The position numbers were made by a program, and so were the translations under genes. Of a DNA stretch of 64,000 nt, positions 47,647 through 57,493 are shown piece after piece. The notes under the pieces are model-generated. The model was not told the DNA's origin. It searched no databases and saw only the letters and a list, made by a program, of their open reading frames with translations. The DNA is taken from the IMG/VR virus record IMGVR_UViG_2905373006_000003, positions 1-64,000 of that record. One strand, 5' to 3'. Position 1 is the first letter of the stretch. Every line of letters starts with the position of its first letter. This stretch comes from a virus. Taxonomy: Duplodnaviria; Caudoviricetes.

Positions 47647-48195
47647 ATGCTTGCAAATCCTTCAAAACACGATGTGCCGTTTATTACCCGTCTGGCTGAA
47701 CTGGCTGGTGAAGATATTGCCAGTCAGCTCTGCCACGAATATGGCGCTACATCGGTTTATTTACCCTTCAGGGTATGGCTACCTCCCCAATCCGTCGAAG
47801 CGATCGGGAACGCATTTACCGGTGACAACTTTGCGGCACTGGCCAAACAGTTCAGCACAAACATTAATGCTGTTTACTGGGCTGTTCAGCAGCATCAGAA
47901 ACAACAGATAAAACAGGTGTTTCTGGCGCCCCGGAAAGACGGGGAAAACGACGTACAAGTTCATCAGGTAATCCCGGTGACGCAATTGGGTCTCCCTGAC
48001 CTGCTAGAAGTTGTGCTTCAAGCTGTAAAAAAGGCCACAACGCAGGCGAACCAGTATCAGCCTCACATTGCGTTTTTATCTCTGCGTGAAGGGCATTCAG
48101 TAACTGCTGACGCTCAACTGTCTGAAGTTGTGTCAGAAGAAAACCAATCAGGCAATTCAGTCCATCCTGATATTCAGCCTGATCACTCAGCGTAG
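47647..48195 (+). CDS. Protein with a divergent N-terminal Mor/C-like domain
   Basis: LCHEYGATSVYLP...FTGDNFAALAKQF...VYWAV resembles the Mor dimerisation + HTH motif; AAGGAG RBS. Confidence 0.65.
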   Translation: MLANPSKHDVPFITRLAELAGEDIASQLCHEYGATSVYLPFRVWLPPQSVEAIGNAFTGDNFAALAKQFSTNINAVYWAVQQHQKQQIKQVFLAPRKDGENDVQVHQVIPVTQLGLPDLLEVVLQAVKKATTQANQYQPHIAFLSLREGHSVTADAQLSEVVSEENQSGNSVHPDIQPDHSA

Positions 48196-48246
48196 CCAAT
48201 ATATTTCTTAAATTATTCATTGAATTACACCATGGAGATTTTTGTC

Positions 48247-48435
48247 ATGACTCCAGAACAGATTAAAAATCGCTTCCGTCAACGCGGGATCACTTTTACC
48301 CAGTGGGCAGAAGAAAATGGTTATTCCCGCAATGAGGTTTACCGTGTTCTCAACGGCCAGACCAAAGCACGTTACGGCAAAGCTCATGAAATTGCCGTAA
48401 AACTCGGTTTAAAACCTGCCGCAAATGCGGCGTAA
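48247..48435 (+). CDS. Ner/Cro-like DNA-binding protein
   Basis: MTPEQIK...WAEENGY...GKAHEIAVKLGLK. Confidence 0.88.
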   Translation: MTPEQIKNRFRQRGITFTQWAEENGYSRNEVYRVLNGQTKARYGKAHEIAVKLGLKPAANAA

Positions 48436-48486
48436 TTTTCTGATTATGTAACAGGTTATCACATATTGCAAAAAAGGAGATATGAC

Positions 48487-48795
48487 ATGAGTAAACCCAA
48501 TGTCTCCAGTTCTGGCTCCCGAATTCTGCGGGTATTGAAAGCATTACGTGGACATGCATTAAACGGTATTTCAAACGGGGAACTGGCATCGGCACTTAAT
48601 GAATCACCGGCCAACATTAACAGAGCACTGAATACCCTTATTGAAGAAGGGCTGGCCCTGAAACTGGATAACGGACGTTTTGCTCCCGGTATTCAATTGA
48701 TACAGATTGCCATGGCGCACAGTAACGAAATGGCACGGGCACAGGATCGTATTAATGAAATTAACCAGCGTGTTATTTCAGGTAGCCGTTATTAA
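48487..48795 (+). CDS. IclR-like winged-helix protein
   Basis: GISNGELA...RALNTLIEEG. Confidence 0.8.
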   Translation: MSKPNVSSSGSRILRVLKALRGHALNGISNGELASALNESPANINRALNTLIEEGLALKLDNGRFAPGIQLIQIAMAHSNEMARAQDRINEINQRVISGSRY

Positions 48796-48805
48796 GGAGT
48801 AAATA

Positions 48806-49714
48806 ATGGGACGAACAAAATCACAACATGTTGAACTGGAAACAGATGTAGCGTTGCCCGGCGATATGAATGTCAGCCTGAATGCCATGACTGAACACCG
48901 CCTCGAAATCATGCAGCAGTTTGGTGACGGCCTGCCATATGAACGTGATCGCATTGTTCACGAAGCCCGCTTTTATATGGCCCAGAGTGCTGAAGCCATG
49001 CTGGAAGCAGGTAAAAGACTGATTATTCTGAAAGAAAATGAACCTCACGGAGAATTTGTTGCAATTGTAGAAGAACAATTGGGGTTACATGTTCGGGCTG
49101 CACAAAGAATGATGAAAGCATCATTGAAATATCTTTCTCCGAAACTTGAACCAAAAGCGACAACGTTGTCGCTTTTGGGAAAAGCTAAATTGTTTGAACT
49201 AGTAGCTGAAGATGATGAAGAACTATCTGAATTAGCGGATGGAGGCACTGTCGCAGGCCTGACACTTGATGATGTTGATCGCATGTCTGTCCGTGAATTA
49301 CGGCAGGCTCTGCGCGAAGCCCGCGAAACCAACGCTGCACAACAACGCGTACTCGCTGACAAAAACGAAAAAATCGACTCGCTTTCCACCAGACTGGAGA
49401 AGAAATCCCGCATCCAGCCGCCCAAGCCTGACGAAGAAGTGAAGAAGCTACGCGCAGAAGTGACGGCATTAGCGGTAGAGGCGGAATCTGCTATCGCTGT
49501 TCAATTATCCGGTGCCTTTGAGACCCTGTGCGCATATTGTGCTGAAAACATGATTGATACACCCAGAGACTTCATGGCGGGTCTGGTCTGTCAACTGGAA
49601 AGCACCGCGCGTAGCCTGCGCTCCACATTTGACCTGCCGGACGAACCGACTGGCAACGTTGCCCCCTCCTGGCTGACAGACCCGATACCTGAAATTAACG
49701 GGCGGGAGGAATAA
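48806..49714 (+). CDS. DUF3102-like protein
   Basis: GKRLIILKE...HGEF...RAAQRMM motif. Confidence 0.8.
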   Translation: MGRTKSQHVELETDVALPGDMNVSLNAMTEHRLEIMQQFGDGLPYERDRIVHEARFYMAQSAEAMLEAGKRLIILKENEPHGEFVAIVEEQLGLHVRAAQRMMKASLKYLSPKLEPKATTLSLLGKAKLFELVAEDDEELSELADGGTVAGLTLDDVDRMSVRELRQALREARETNAAQQRVLADKNEKIDSLSTRLEKKSRIQPPKPDEEVKKLRAEVTALAVEAESAIAVQLSGAFETLCAYCAENMIDTPRDFMAGLVCQLESTARSLRSTFDLPDEPTGNVAPSWLTDPIPEINGREE

Positions 49715-49717
49715 GTG

Positions 49718-51487
49718 ATGAGTGCTGCCCTGACTGAACGGCTGGTTTCTGTTGCCCGCGCGGCACGTGACGCGGGGCATGGTAAGCGCGGTGCAATATA
49801 CGACGCCGCCTGCGCTGAACTGGGTATGTCCCGCGCCACTCTGTTGCGTAAACTGAAGGAGGTCTCTGTGACTGATAAACGCAAAAAACGCGCCGATGCA
49901 GGGCACAGTACCCTGAGCCGTGATGAAGCCGCCCTGATATCTGCCACGCTGCGTGAGGCCACCCGTAAGAACGGTAAGCGCCTGTATTCCATTGCAGATG
50001 CGGTTGAAACCCTGCGGGCTAACGGCTTTATCACCGCAGGCAGAACGGATGAGACGACAGGCGAGTTTTTCCCGCTGTCCGGGGATACTATCAGCCGCGC
50101 CCTGCGTAACTATGGACTGCACCCGGAACAACTGGATGCCCCTGCGCCGCATACCGAAGTCGCCAGTCTGCACCCCAATCACGTATGGGAAATAGATGCT
50201 TCTCTTTGTACGCTTTACTACCTGAGCAACGGCCATAAAGGGCTGCAGGTGATGGACAGCGCGAAGTTCTACAAGAACAAGCCCGCCAACCTTGCCCGTA
50301 TCGCCAGTGACCGTGTCTGGAGTTACGAGATTACCGACCATGCCAGTGGCTGGATTTACGTCGAGTACGTGATGGGGGCGGAATCCGGTGAAAATCTGTG
50401 TTCTGTGCTAATCAATGCCATGCAGGAGCGCGGTGGTGCAGACGTGCTGCACGGCGTGCCAAAAATACTCTACCTTGACCCCGGCTCGGCGAACACCGCA
50501 GGTATGACGAAGAACCTGTGCCGTTCTCTGGGTATCGAGCTGACAGCACATAAGCCACATAACGCCCGCGCCACCGGACAGGTGGAAAAGGCGCGTGACA
50601 TTATTGAGCGCAAGCTGGAGCCGGGGTTGAAATTTCAGCCTGTTCACAGTCTGGAAGAACTCAACGCGCTGGCCGTGAAATGGCGCAGCCATTTTAACGC
50701 CACGGCTGTTCACAGCCGCCACGGTAAAACCCGCACGGATATCTGGCTGAAAATTACTGCTGACCAGCTGAAAAAAGCACCTTCCGTTGAGGTATGCCGT
50801 GAGCTGGCTGTGGCTGCACCTGAACTTCGCAAGGTCACGCCAAAACTTCGTGTCTCCTTCCGGGGCACTGAGTTTGATGTTTCAACGGTGCCGGGTGTAC
50901 TGGTCGGCGAAAAACTGATGATTACCCGCAACCCGTGGCGCACTGATGTGGCACAGGTAGTACTGACCGGAGAAGACGGTCACGAAACCTTTTTCCTGGT
51001 CGATGAAGTCAGAAAGAACGAATTCGGATTTGCTGAAAATGCGGCGGTATTTGGCGGAAGCCACAAAGCCCTGCCGGAAACCCCGGCGCAGAAAGCGGCA
51101 AAAGAAATCGAAGAGCTGGTCACCGGTACCGATAACGCCACCGATGCAGCTGCTGCACGCAAAGCGAAGGCGCTGCCCTTCGGCGGGCGACTTGACCCGT
51201 ACAAACATATCGATGACACCCCGCTTCCGGCCTATATGCCGAAACGCGGTCAGGCTTCAGACGTGCGCGGACCGCGTATTGAACAGCGTCCTTTAACCCA
51301 TGTGGAGGCCGCAAAAATCCTGCGCGGGAAATTCAGTGCTGCCGGTCATGCCTGGACACCGGAACATTACCGCCGGTTAACGGCACAGTACCCGGACGGC
51401 GTACCGGAAGCCGAACTGGATGAAGTGATGGCCGTTATGACCACGACCGCCCACAACAGCGTTATCAGCATCGTTAACGGCAACTGA
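49718..51487 (+). CDS. DDE transposase (B3/Tn552-related TnpA)
   Basis: PNHVWEIDAS, YLDPGS, GQVEK catalytic D-D-E. Confidence 0.93.
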   Translation: MSAALTERLVSVARAARDAGHGKRGAIYDAACAELGMSRATLLRKLKEVSVTDKRKKRADAGHSTLSRDEAALISATLREATRKNGKRLYSIADAVETLRANGFITAGRTDETTGEFFPLSGDTISRALRNYGLHPEQLDAPAPHTEVASLHPNHVWEIDASLCTLYYLSNGHKGLQVMDSAKFYKNKPANLARIASDRVWSYEITDHASGWIYVEYVMGAESGENLCSVLINAMQERGGADVLHGVPKILYLDPGSANTAGMTKNLCRSLGIELTAHKPHNARATGQVEKARDIIERKLEPGLKFQPVHSLEELNALAVKWRSHFNATAVHSRHGKTRTDIWLKITADQLKKAPSVEVCRELAVAAPELRKVTPKLRVSFRGTEFDVSTVPGVLVGEKLMITRNPWRTDVAQVVLTGEDGHETFFLVDEVRKNEFGFAENAAVFGGSHKALPETPAQKAAKEIEELVTGTDNATDAAAARKAKALPFGGRLDPYKHIDDTPLPAYMPKRGQASDVRGPRIEQRPLTHVEAAKILRGKFSAAGHAWTPEHYRRLTAQYPDGVPEAELDEVMAVMTTTAHNSVISIVNGN

Positions 51488-51497
51488 GGAGGAATAC

Positions 51498-52664
51498 ATG
51501 CTGGTACTGAAGCAACAACTGAAGGAGGCCCGCATCCCGCAGGCGGTGGCGGCGAGAGCGGTCGATGTTTCCGAGGCCACGCTGGCCCAGATTGTGAATC
51601 ATAACGTGTGGCCCCGTACCTGTCCCGGAGAAGTGCGCCAGCGTCTTGCATCCTGGCTGGAAAGTCAGGGAATTGATACAGCAAAGAGTTTTGATGCTGT
51701 ACAGGGCGCGACCACGCCCTATACAGCGGGTACTACTGATAAAGCAATCCTCAGCGAGGAAGAGAATATGTTACTAAAAAAACAGGTGTTATTTCCAGCA
51801 ACCAAAAAAGCGTTTGGCCTTTTCCGTGACCCGTTTGCTGACGAAGCCATGCAGGGCGCTGAGGATGTGTTCACCACACCCGATATCCGTTATGTCCGGG
51901 AAGCACTCTACCAGACAGCCCGCCACGGTGGTTTTATGGCGGTTATCGGTGAGTCCGGTGCGGGGAAATCCACGCTGCGCCGTGACCTGATTGAACGCAT
52001 CAACCGCGAGAATGCACCGGTCATTGTCATTGAACCTTATATCATTGCGATGGAAGACAACGACGTGAAGGGAAAGACCTTAAAAGCGGCGGCGATAGCA
52101 GAAGCCATCATCAGTACGATTGCGCCGCTTGAGAACATCAAACGCAGTCAGGATGCCCGTTTCCGCCAGTTGCACCGTGTTCTGAAAGACAGTTGTCAGG
52201 CTGGTTTCAGTCACGTTCTGGTGATTGAGGAGGCCCACAGCCTGCCCATTCCGACACTGAAGCACCTCAAACGTTTTTTTGAGCTGGAGTCCGGTTTTAA
52301 AAAGCTGCTGTCGATTGTGCTGGTTGGGCAACCAGAACTCGCCACCAAACTGTCCGAACGCAATATGGAAGTCAGGGAAGTCGTACAGCGTTGTGAAGTG
52401 GTTGAACTGCTGCCGCTGGACAACAACCTTGAAGAGTTTCTGACGTTCAAACTGCAACGGGCAGGCAAGCAACTGACGGACATTATGGATGCCAGTGCGG
52501 TGGATGCCATCCGTGCCCGCCTGAGTAATCCGGGCAGCAACCGTAAAAACAGGGTCAGTCTGCTGTATCCGCTGGCCGTCAGTAATCTGGTTATTGCAGC
52601 CATGAATCTGGCCGCTGAAATTGGTATTCCGCAGGTCACTGCGGATGTGGTGAAAGGGGTTTAA
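51498..52664 (+). CDS. Transposition AAA+ ATPase (MuB analogue) with N-terminal HTH
   Basis: GESGAGKS, IEEAH, LVGQPEL motifs. Confidence 0.92.
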   Translation: MLVLKQQLKEARIPQAVAARAVDVSEATLAQIVNHNVWPRTCPGEVRQRLASWLESQGIDTAKSFDAVQGATTPYTAGTTDKAILSEEENMLLKKQVLFPATKKAFGLFRDPFADEAMQGAEDVFTTPDIRYVREALYQTARHGGFMAVIGESGAGKSTLRRDLIERINRENAPVIVIEPYIIAMEDNDVKGKTLKAAAIAEAIISTIAPLENIKRSQDARFRQLHRVLKDSCQAGFSHVLVIEEAHSLPIPTLKHLKRFFELESGFKKLLSIVLVGQPELATKLSERNMEVREVVQRCEVVELLPLDNNLEEFLTFKLQRAGKQLTDIMDASAVDAIRARLSNPGSNRKNRVSLLYPLAVSNLVIAAMNLAAEIGIPQVTADVVKGV

Positions 52665-52666
52665 TC

Positions 52667-52936
52667 ATGAAAAACATAACAGCAATTAACCAGCAGATGA
52701 ATAACGTCAGCAATGCTATTACGGCACTTAACGCCATGAATGCCACAGTGCAGAGCGTCATGATTGCAGGCAGTAAACCGCTAATCCGTATTGCCCGCAG
52801 CAGTCTCTGCAACCGCCTGCTGGCACAGGGTAAAGCCTCTTACGTCCATATCGGACATGGGCGTTCCGGCAGCTTTCGTCAGGGTGTTTTTGAATTACAT
52901 GGCTGCCGGGTCATCTGGTCAGAATTATTGCTCTGA
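52667..52936 (+). CDS. Hypothetical early protein
   Basis: Coupled ORF, GCRVIW C-terminus. Confidence 0.75.
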   Translation: MKNITAINQQMNNVSNAITALNAMNATVQSVMIAGSKPLIRIARSSLCNRLLAQGKASYVHIGHGRSGSFRQGVFELHGCRVIWSELLL

Positions 52937-52981
52937 GGCGTTGTATCCGTTTTTTATTAAACAACACATGAGGTCATTAAC

Positions 52982-53503
52982 ATGGCAAGAAATGCAAAGC
53001 GAATTAAAGCCAGTGCGGCTGTGTGGACGGCACAGACAAAAGATGAAGTCATCGCCGCAATCAAACAACTCGGTGATTTACAGCGGGAGTTAATCAGAAC
53101 AGAGGCGAAAATGAATGACGCTATCGGGGAAATTACTGCCGGTATGTCGCCGTCAATTGAAGAGCTGAAGGCCCGTATGAAGGAGTTACAAAGCGGTATA
53201 CAGACATGGTGTGAAGCACACCGGGATGAACTGACCAACGGAGGTAAAGTCAAGTTTGCCAACTTAACCACCGGGGAAGTGCAATGGCGTAACCGTCCTC
53301 CGTCAGTGAATATCCGTGGCGCTGATGCCGTTATGGATTTCCTGAAACGCCTGGGTCTGCAGCGTTTTATCCGGGTAAAAGAGGAAATAAATAAAGACGC
53401 CATCCTGAATGAAAAAGAAGCCGTGAAAAATATCCCCGGCATTACCATAAAAAGTGATATTGAGGATTTTTCCATTATTCCTTTTGAACAGGATGTCCAG
53501 TAA
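52982..53503 (+). CDS. gam: Host-nuclease inhibitor Gam
   Basis: GEVQWRNRPPSV, FIRVKEEINKDAIL motifs. Confidence 0.92.
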   Translation: MARNAKRIKASAAVWTAQTKDEVIAAIKQLGDLQRELIRTEAKMNDAIGEITAGMSPSIEELKARMKELQSGIQTWCEAHRDELTNGGKVKFANLTTGEVQWRNRPPSVNIRGADAVMDFLKRLGLQRFIRVKEEINKDAILNEKEAVKNIPGITIKSDIEDFSIIPFEQDVQ

Positions 53504-53601
53504 TTCAGTAAATATCGTTATTTAACTTACTCTTTTCTTTTTATTTCGGCGTCAGTGCCGTGGGTTTCTGCACGCCGAAAACAGCCAGAAGGTTATTTAT
53601 T

Positions 53602-53790
53602 ATGTCCGTTAAATGTCGTCATTGTCAGCAAAGTATCACCTCACTGAAACTGCGTGAGGCCAACGTTATCACTACCGGGAAATACCACGTTCCGACAGTA
53701 CTCATCACGCTGGTTTGCCCGTATTGCAGCCAGCATTACTACGCGGAAGTCCCGGTTATGGAATTTATCCCTTGCGAGGAAAAACAATGA
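53602..53790 (+). CDS. Small Zn-ribbon protein
   Basis: CRHC...CPYC. Confidence 0.7.
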   Translation: MSVKCRHCQQSITSLKLREANVITTGKYHVPTVLITLVCPYCSQHYYAEVPVMEFIPCEEKQ

Positions 53791-54059
53791 TTACACCTCT
53801 GGAAGCCAAAAAACGTACCCGTGAAATTATCGAAGACTATGTCAATGAGTGCGGATGCAGAAACCTCACCGATGTTCAGCACGTACTGGAGGCATTAATC
53901 AGTATGGCTGCACAGGCGGTTGTGGCAACAAACGGCAAAGCAGCCGCCATTGAGGTACTGGAAAAAACACTTATCCATACGGTACTGCATGAAGTGCCAT
54001 ACCGGATGGAAACAACGGCGGACGGCCACCTCAGAATTACTGTCGCCCGGAAACACTAA
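53787..54059 (+). CDS. Hypothetical protein
   Basis: GAGG RBS, ATGA coupling. Confidence 0.7.
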   Translation: MITPLEAKKRTREIIEDYVNECGCRNLTDVQHVLEALISMAAQAVVATNGKAAAIEVLEKTLIHTVLHEVPYRMETTADGHLRITVARKH

Positions 54060-54105
54060 ACCGTGCGCCTGCATAATCACTCAATGAATTACGGAAAGGT
54101 GAAAA

Positions 54106-54267
54106 ATGAAAGTACTGATGACAAAACTCTGGTTTATGACAATAAAAGAAACCCGGAAAATCCTGGATATTATCAGTTCATTAATGGGGTATTTTCTTTT
54201 GTCGGTAGCCATTGGTGCCGGACTGACTTTTGGTTTTTTATCGGTTTTTGTCATTTACGGGAGTTAA
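54106..54267 (+). CDS. 53-aa membrane protein (not in the ORF track)
   Basis: AAGGTGA RBS; MKVLMTKLW...GAGLTFGFLSVFVIYGS; stop abuts the next ATG. Confidence 0.6.
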   Translation: MKVLMTKLWFMTIKETRKILDIISSLMGYFLLSVAIGAGLTFGFLSVFVIYGS

Positions 54268-54780
54268 ATGATGAAAGAGATAAATTTATATAACCGCTCA
54301 ACACTTTACCGCACAGCACTGAAAACCTTCGGCCCGGAAGCGCAGTTACTGAAACTGACAGAAGAAGCCGCTGAACTGGCCGCAGCGGCAGCCCGTAATA
54401 TGAACGGGGCAGGCAGTGAGGTGGATTTGGCCGGTGAGCTGGCTGATGTGGAAATAATGACTGAACAATGCCGTCTCAACGGTATGGGAAAACTCATTGA
54501 CTTTCAGAAGCAGAAAAAGCTGGCGAGACTGGCCGAACGATTGGGGGTGACTTACACCCCTGAAACTGAAAAGGCACCAGCCGTCTTTTACCCGCCACAA
54601 TTAACAGCATTAGCGCAAAAATTGCCTTCCCGTGAACTGCTGGAAGACTGGTGTGGTGCTGTACCAAACAGCGCCTTCATCGGTGCCACGGACGAAGAAA
54701 TTGCGGATATGGCGCGTTTTATTCTTTGTGCTATGCCCCTGCTTGATGTTCACGGAGGCTGTGATGACTCAGCAAAATGA
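54268..54780 (+). CDS. MazG-like nucleotide pyrophosphohydrolase-domain protein
   Basis: EEAAEL...GELADV motif. Confidence 0.75.
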   Translation: MMKEINLYNRSTLYRTALKTFGPEAQLLKLTEEAAELAAAAARNMNGAGSEVDLAGELADVEIMTEQCRLNGMGKLIDFQKQKKLARLAERLGVTYTPETEKAPAVFYPPQLTALAQKLPSRELLEDWCGAVPNSAFIGATDEEIADMARFILCAMPLLDVHGGCDDSAK

Positions 54781-55453
54781 AAAAATACTGGAGAAATTAA
54801 AAAAATTACTGGCGCTGGCCAAATCAGATAACCCGCACGAAGCCGCAGTGGCATTACAGCGGGCACAAAAACTGATGCAGGCTTATCACATTACTCAGGA
54901 GGATATTGCACTCAGTGATATTGATGAAAGTCTCAGTGATTACTGGGCGACCGGCAGTATCCATCCTCCCCGTTACATGCTGGGGCTGTTATCCGTTATA
55001 CAGACCGCATTTGGTGTGAAATCCATACTTCATCCCGGGATAAAACCCAGAATAGGATTTTACGGTAATAAAGAGCGGGTCAGTCTTGCGTCCTATACAT
55101 GGGAGGTACTGGCCAGACAGTTAACGGCTGCCCGTAAACATTATATTCGTCAGCAAAATAAGCGGATTAAAAACACGACGAAAACCAGCCGTGGCGACCA
55201 GTTCGCGGAAGGCTGGGTGTTAGCCGTCCACAGCGAAATCCGGTTATTTGCGATGTCAGATGAGGAGCGGGAACTTGCTGAACGCTGGATTGAACATAAA
55301 TACCCTTCCCGCAGTACCACTCAGGGACGGGAAGCCGGAAATGCACGGGATGCTAACCTGTCCGGCTCTCTGGGGTATCAGGCGGGTAAAAATGTCAGAC
55401 TGCACCGCCCTGTTAACGGGCAGGAGCAGCCCAGACTGAGGGGGGCGCGATGA
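54764..55453 (+). CDS. DUF2786-domain protein
   Basis: KLKKLLALAKSDNPHEA..A...AQKLM motif. Confidence 0.85.
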   Translation: MTQQNEKILEKLKKLLALAKSDNPHEAAVALQRAQKLMQAYHITQEDIALSDIDESLSDYWATGSIHPPRYMLGLLSVIQTAFGVKSILHPGIKPRIGFYGNKERVSLASYTWEVLARQLTAARKHYIRQQNKRIKNTTKTSRGDQFAEGWVLAVHSEIRLFAMSDEERELAERWIEHKYPSRSTTQGREAGNARDANLSGSLGYQAGKNVRLHRPVNGQEQPRLRGAR

Positions 55454-55665
55454 TAACAGAATCTGTTTTATCTTCTCTGGCTTTATATTTTGTTGCGGGT
55501 TGGTGTACTGCTGAATTACACCGGTATTCTGGTTTTTTCTCGCGTTACCGTCGTATCGGATATTGTCTCAGCTGGATAGTGATGTTTCTGTGTTGGCCTC
55601 TGTTACTGCCTCTTTATGTCAGTTATATCGGTACCCAATATCAGAAGGAGAATAATGATGGATAA
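55450..55665 (+). CDS. Small membrane protein
   Basis: Two hydrophobic segments, coupled ORF. Confidence 0.65.
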   Translation: MITESVLSSLALYFVAGWCTAELHRYSGFFSRYRRIGYCLSWIVMFLCWPLLLPLYVSYIGTQYQKENNDG

Positions 55666-56083
55666 ATCACGTCTTATTCAACTTATTCACATCGCTAAAA
55701 ATAAACTTCAACTGGATGAGGATACTTATCGCCAGATGTTACAGGGACTAACAGGAAAAGCCTCTACAAAGAACATGGATACTTCTGACCTGAATAAAGT
55801 CCTTGATGCAATGAAAAAGAAAGGATTTCGTATCAGTCCGGCGAAGAAAGCTCAATCCCGTTTACCGCTGGATGACCATCCGCAATCCAGGAAAATCCGT
55901 GCGTTATGGCTTGAAATGGCTGATGCGGGTATCGTGCGTAACCGTTCTGAACAGGCGCTGGCCCGGTGGGTAAAACGGGAAACTGGCGTCAGTGCGTTAC
56001 GCTGGCTCAGCAACGAGCAGGCAAGCCACGTTATTGAAAAACTGAAGAAGTGGCAGCACAGAGCCACGGGGAGGAAGCCATGA
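55655..56083 (+). CDS. gemA: GemA/gp16 (DUF1018) regulatory protein
   Basis: IHIAK..L.LDEDTYR, KIRALW, VIEKLKKW motifs. Confidence 0.88.
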   Translation: MMDKSRLIQLIHIAKNKLQLDEDTYRQMLQGLTGKASTKNMDTSDLNKVLDAMKKKGFRISPAKKAQSRLPLDDHPQSRKIRALWLEMADAGIVRNRSEQALARWVKRETGVSALRWLSNEQASHVIEKLKKWQHRATGRKP

Positions 56084-56472
56084 GCGACCTGAACCAGTTT
56101 CGCAGTAAAGGGCCGGAACTGCTGGTTGAACTAGCCCAGCACACTGCTGAAACCCTTCGGGAAATTATCGATATAGACCCGGCAGTGGCTGACCAGATAG
56201 GTCAGGCTGTTGCCAATCGTATGATGCAGGTCTGGGGCGGACAAAATGTGTATTTTCCGATGGGTATGGTCTGGCGGGTAAGCCAGCGGGACAGGGAGAT
56301 ATTTAATGAGTTCAACGGGCGTAACCATCACGAACTGGCCCGTAAATTTGGTGTCTCACTGCAGTGGATTTACAGTGTGGTAAAACGCGTCAGAAAAGAA
56401 GAGCTAGATCGGATGCAGGGTAAGCTGTTTGAAAATGATCAGGACGAAACACCGCCAGATAATAACGTATAA
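56080..56472 (+). CDS. mor: Mor/C-family transcription activator
   Basis: WGGQNVYFP, RDREIFNEFNGRNHHELARKFG. Confidence 0.92.
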   Translation: MSDLNQFRSKGPELLVELAQHTAETLREIIDIDPAVADQIGQAVANRMMQVWGGQNVYFPMGMVWRVSQRDREIFNEFNGRNHHELARKFGVSLQWIYSVVKRVRKEELDRMQGKLFENDQDETPPDNNV

Positions 56473-56502
56473 ATACACATTAATGTGCTTTAAAGAATAT
56501 AT

Positions 56503-56533
56503 GACACAGTGGATACCCCACTGTGTTTTTTTT
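56503..56533 (+). terminator. Terminator of the early operon
   Basis: ACACAGTGG-ATACC-CCACTGTGT followed by a T run. Confidence 0.8.
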
Positions 56534-56569
56534 ATTCTAAAAGCAGAATAAAAACATCGGAGGAATGAC

Positions 56570-57220
56570 ATGTTTGACGCATCGTTACTCAATTTGCCAT
56601 GGGCAACACTCGTGACGCTGACCAGTGGCTATATCGGCTATTTTATTGCAAACGTAGGTCTGAAAGAGCATCACAAACCTATAGAGGTGACATTTTCCTC
56701 GCTGATTTTCGGTCTGTTATCAATGATGGTTTATCAGGCTGTGATGTGGTCTGGTCTGAATGCGTGGCTGGCAACGCCACCCGCACTTCTGTGTGCTTTT
56801 ATCTGTGGCGTGTTCTGGCGCAGATATGGGCGCAAATGGATGTACAAATTTCTTCGGGATAAAGATATTTCATGGTCTGATAATACGCATTCAGCCTGGC
56901 AACGTATGTTTGATCAACATGGATATTATATCAGTGAAGGGTATGTGTATCTTAAAGACGGTACTGTTCTTCTTTCTGAACATCCCGGACACTTTGAGGG
57001 GCAGCCGGGAGGGGCATTTGTCCTGGGGGCTGAAAAGGATGTGTTGATGTACGTCACCCATGAAAAAAAACCGGGAAATGATAAGTGGCTCAAAAAAGAA
57101 GTTGCAAATAAAAACTGGGGAGTGATGGCAACCTATATTCCAGCCGATCAGATTGCCATGATAAGGATAAGACGAACCAGAAACCGCATCATCAATTCAC
57201 GAAGTGATGAAACAGATTAA
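56570..57220 (+). CDS. Three-TM membrane protein with C-terminal beta (Sm-like) domain, DUF6338-like
   Basis: GGAGG RBS; SAWQ..F, VYLKDG, YIPADQIAMIRI motifs. Confidence 0.75.
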   Translation: MFDASLLNLPWATLVTLTSGYIGYFIANVGLKEHHKPIEVTFSSLIFGLLSMMVYQAVMWSGLNAWLATPPALLCAFICGVFWRRYGRKWMYKFLRDKDISWSDNTHSAWQRMFDQHGYYISEGYVYLKDGTVLLSEHPGHFEGQPGGAFVLGAEKDVLMYVTHEKKPGNDKWLKKEVANKNWGVMATYIPADQIAMIRIRRTRNRIINSRSDETD

Positions 57221-57369
57221 TCCCGTGACGGAGGTGCGTCATCATCAGAATGAGTCGATTGATGCTCAGATGAATCATTTGTTTGTGCAGAGTTATCGGA
57301 CTCAAAGGTGACGCACCCTTTTAAGTCTTCAGAAAAGTCAGTTGTTGAATTATTATTTTTGTCTGGCAT
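57217..57369 (-). CDS. 50-aa acidic disordered micropeptide (not in the ORF track)
   Basis: GAGGA RBS; MPDKNNNSTTDFSEDLKGCVTFESDNSAQTNDSSEHQSTHSDDDAPPSRD; stop overlaps the partner's stop (TTAA). Confidence 0.6.
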   Translation of the reverse strand: MPDKNNNSTTDFSEDLKGCVTFESDNSAQTNDSSEHQSTHSDDDAPPSRD

Positions 57370-57493
57370 GTATTAGAATTCCTCTACAAGTAGAATCGGT
57401 AGCAATGATTTTACCCATCAATCTGCCAGTTTTTTGTGAACCGTATTTGTTTCTCATACTGAAAAAGAATTACATAATACATCTTCATCTCTT

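Noticed and set aside
49505-52639. Minus-strand ORFs within the transposase and ATPase genes
   Set aside because: Antisense to conserved genes with no independent evidence.
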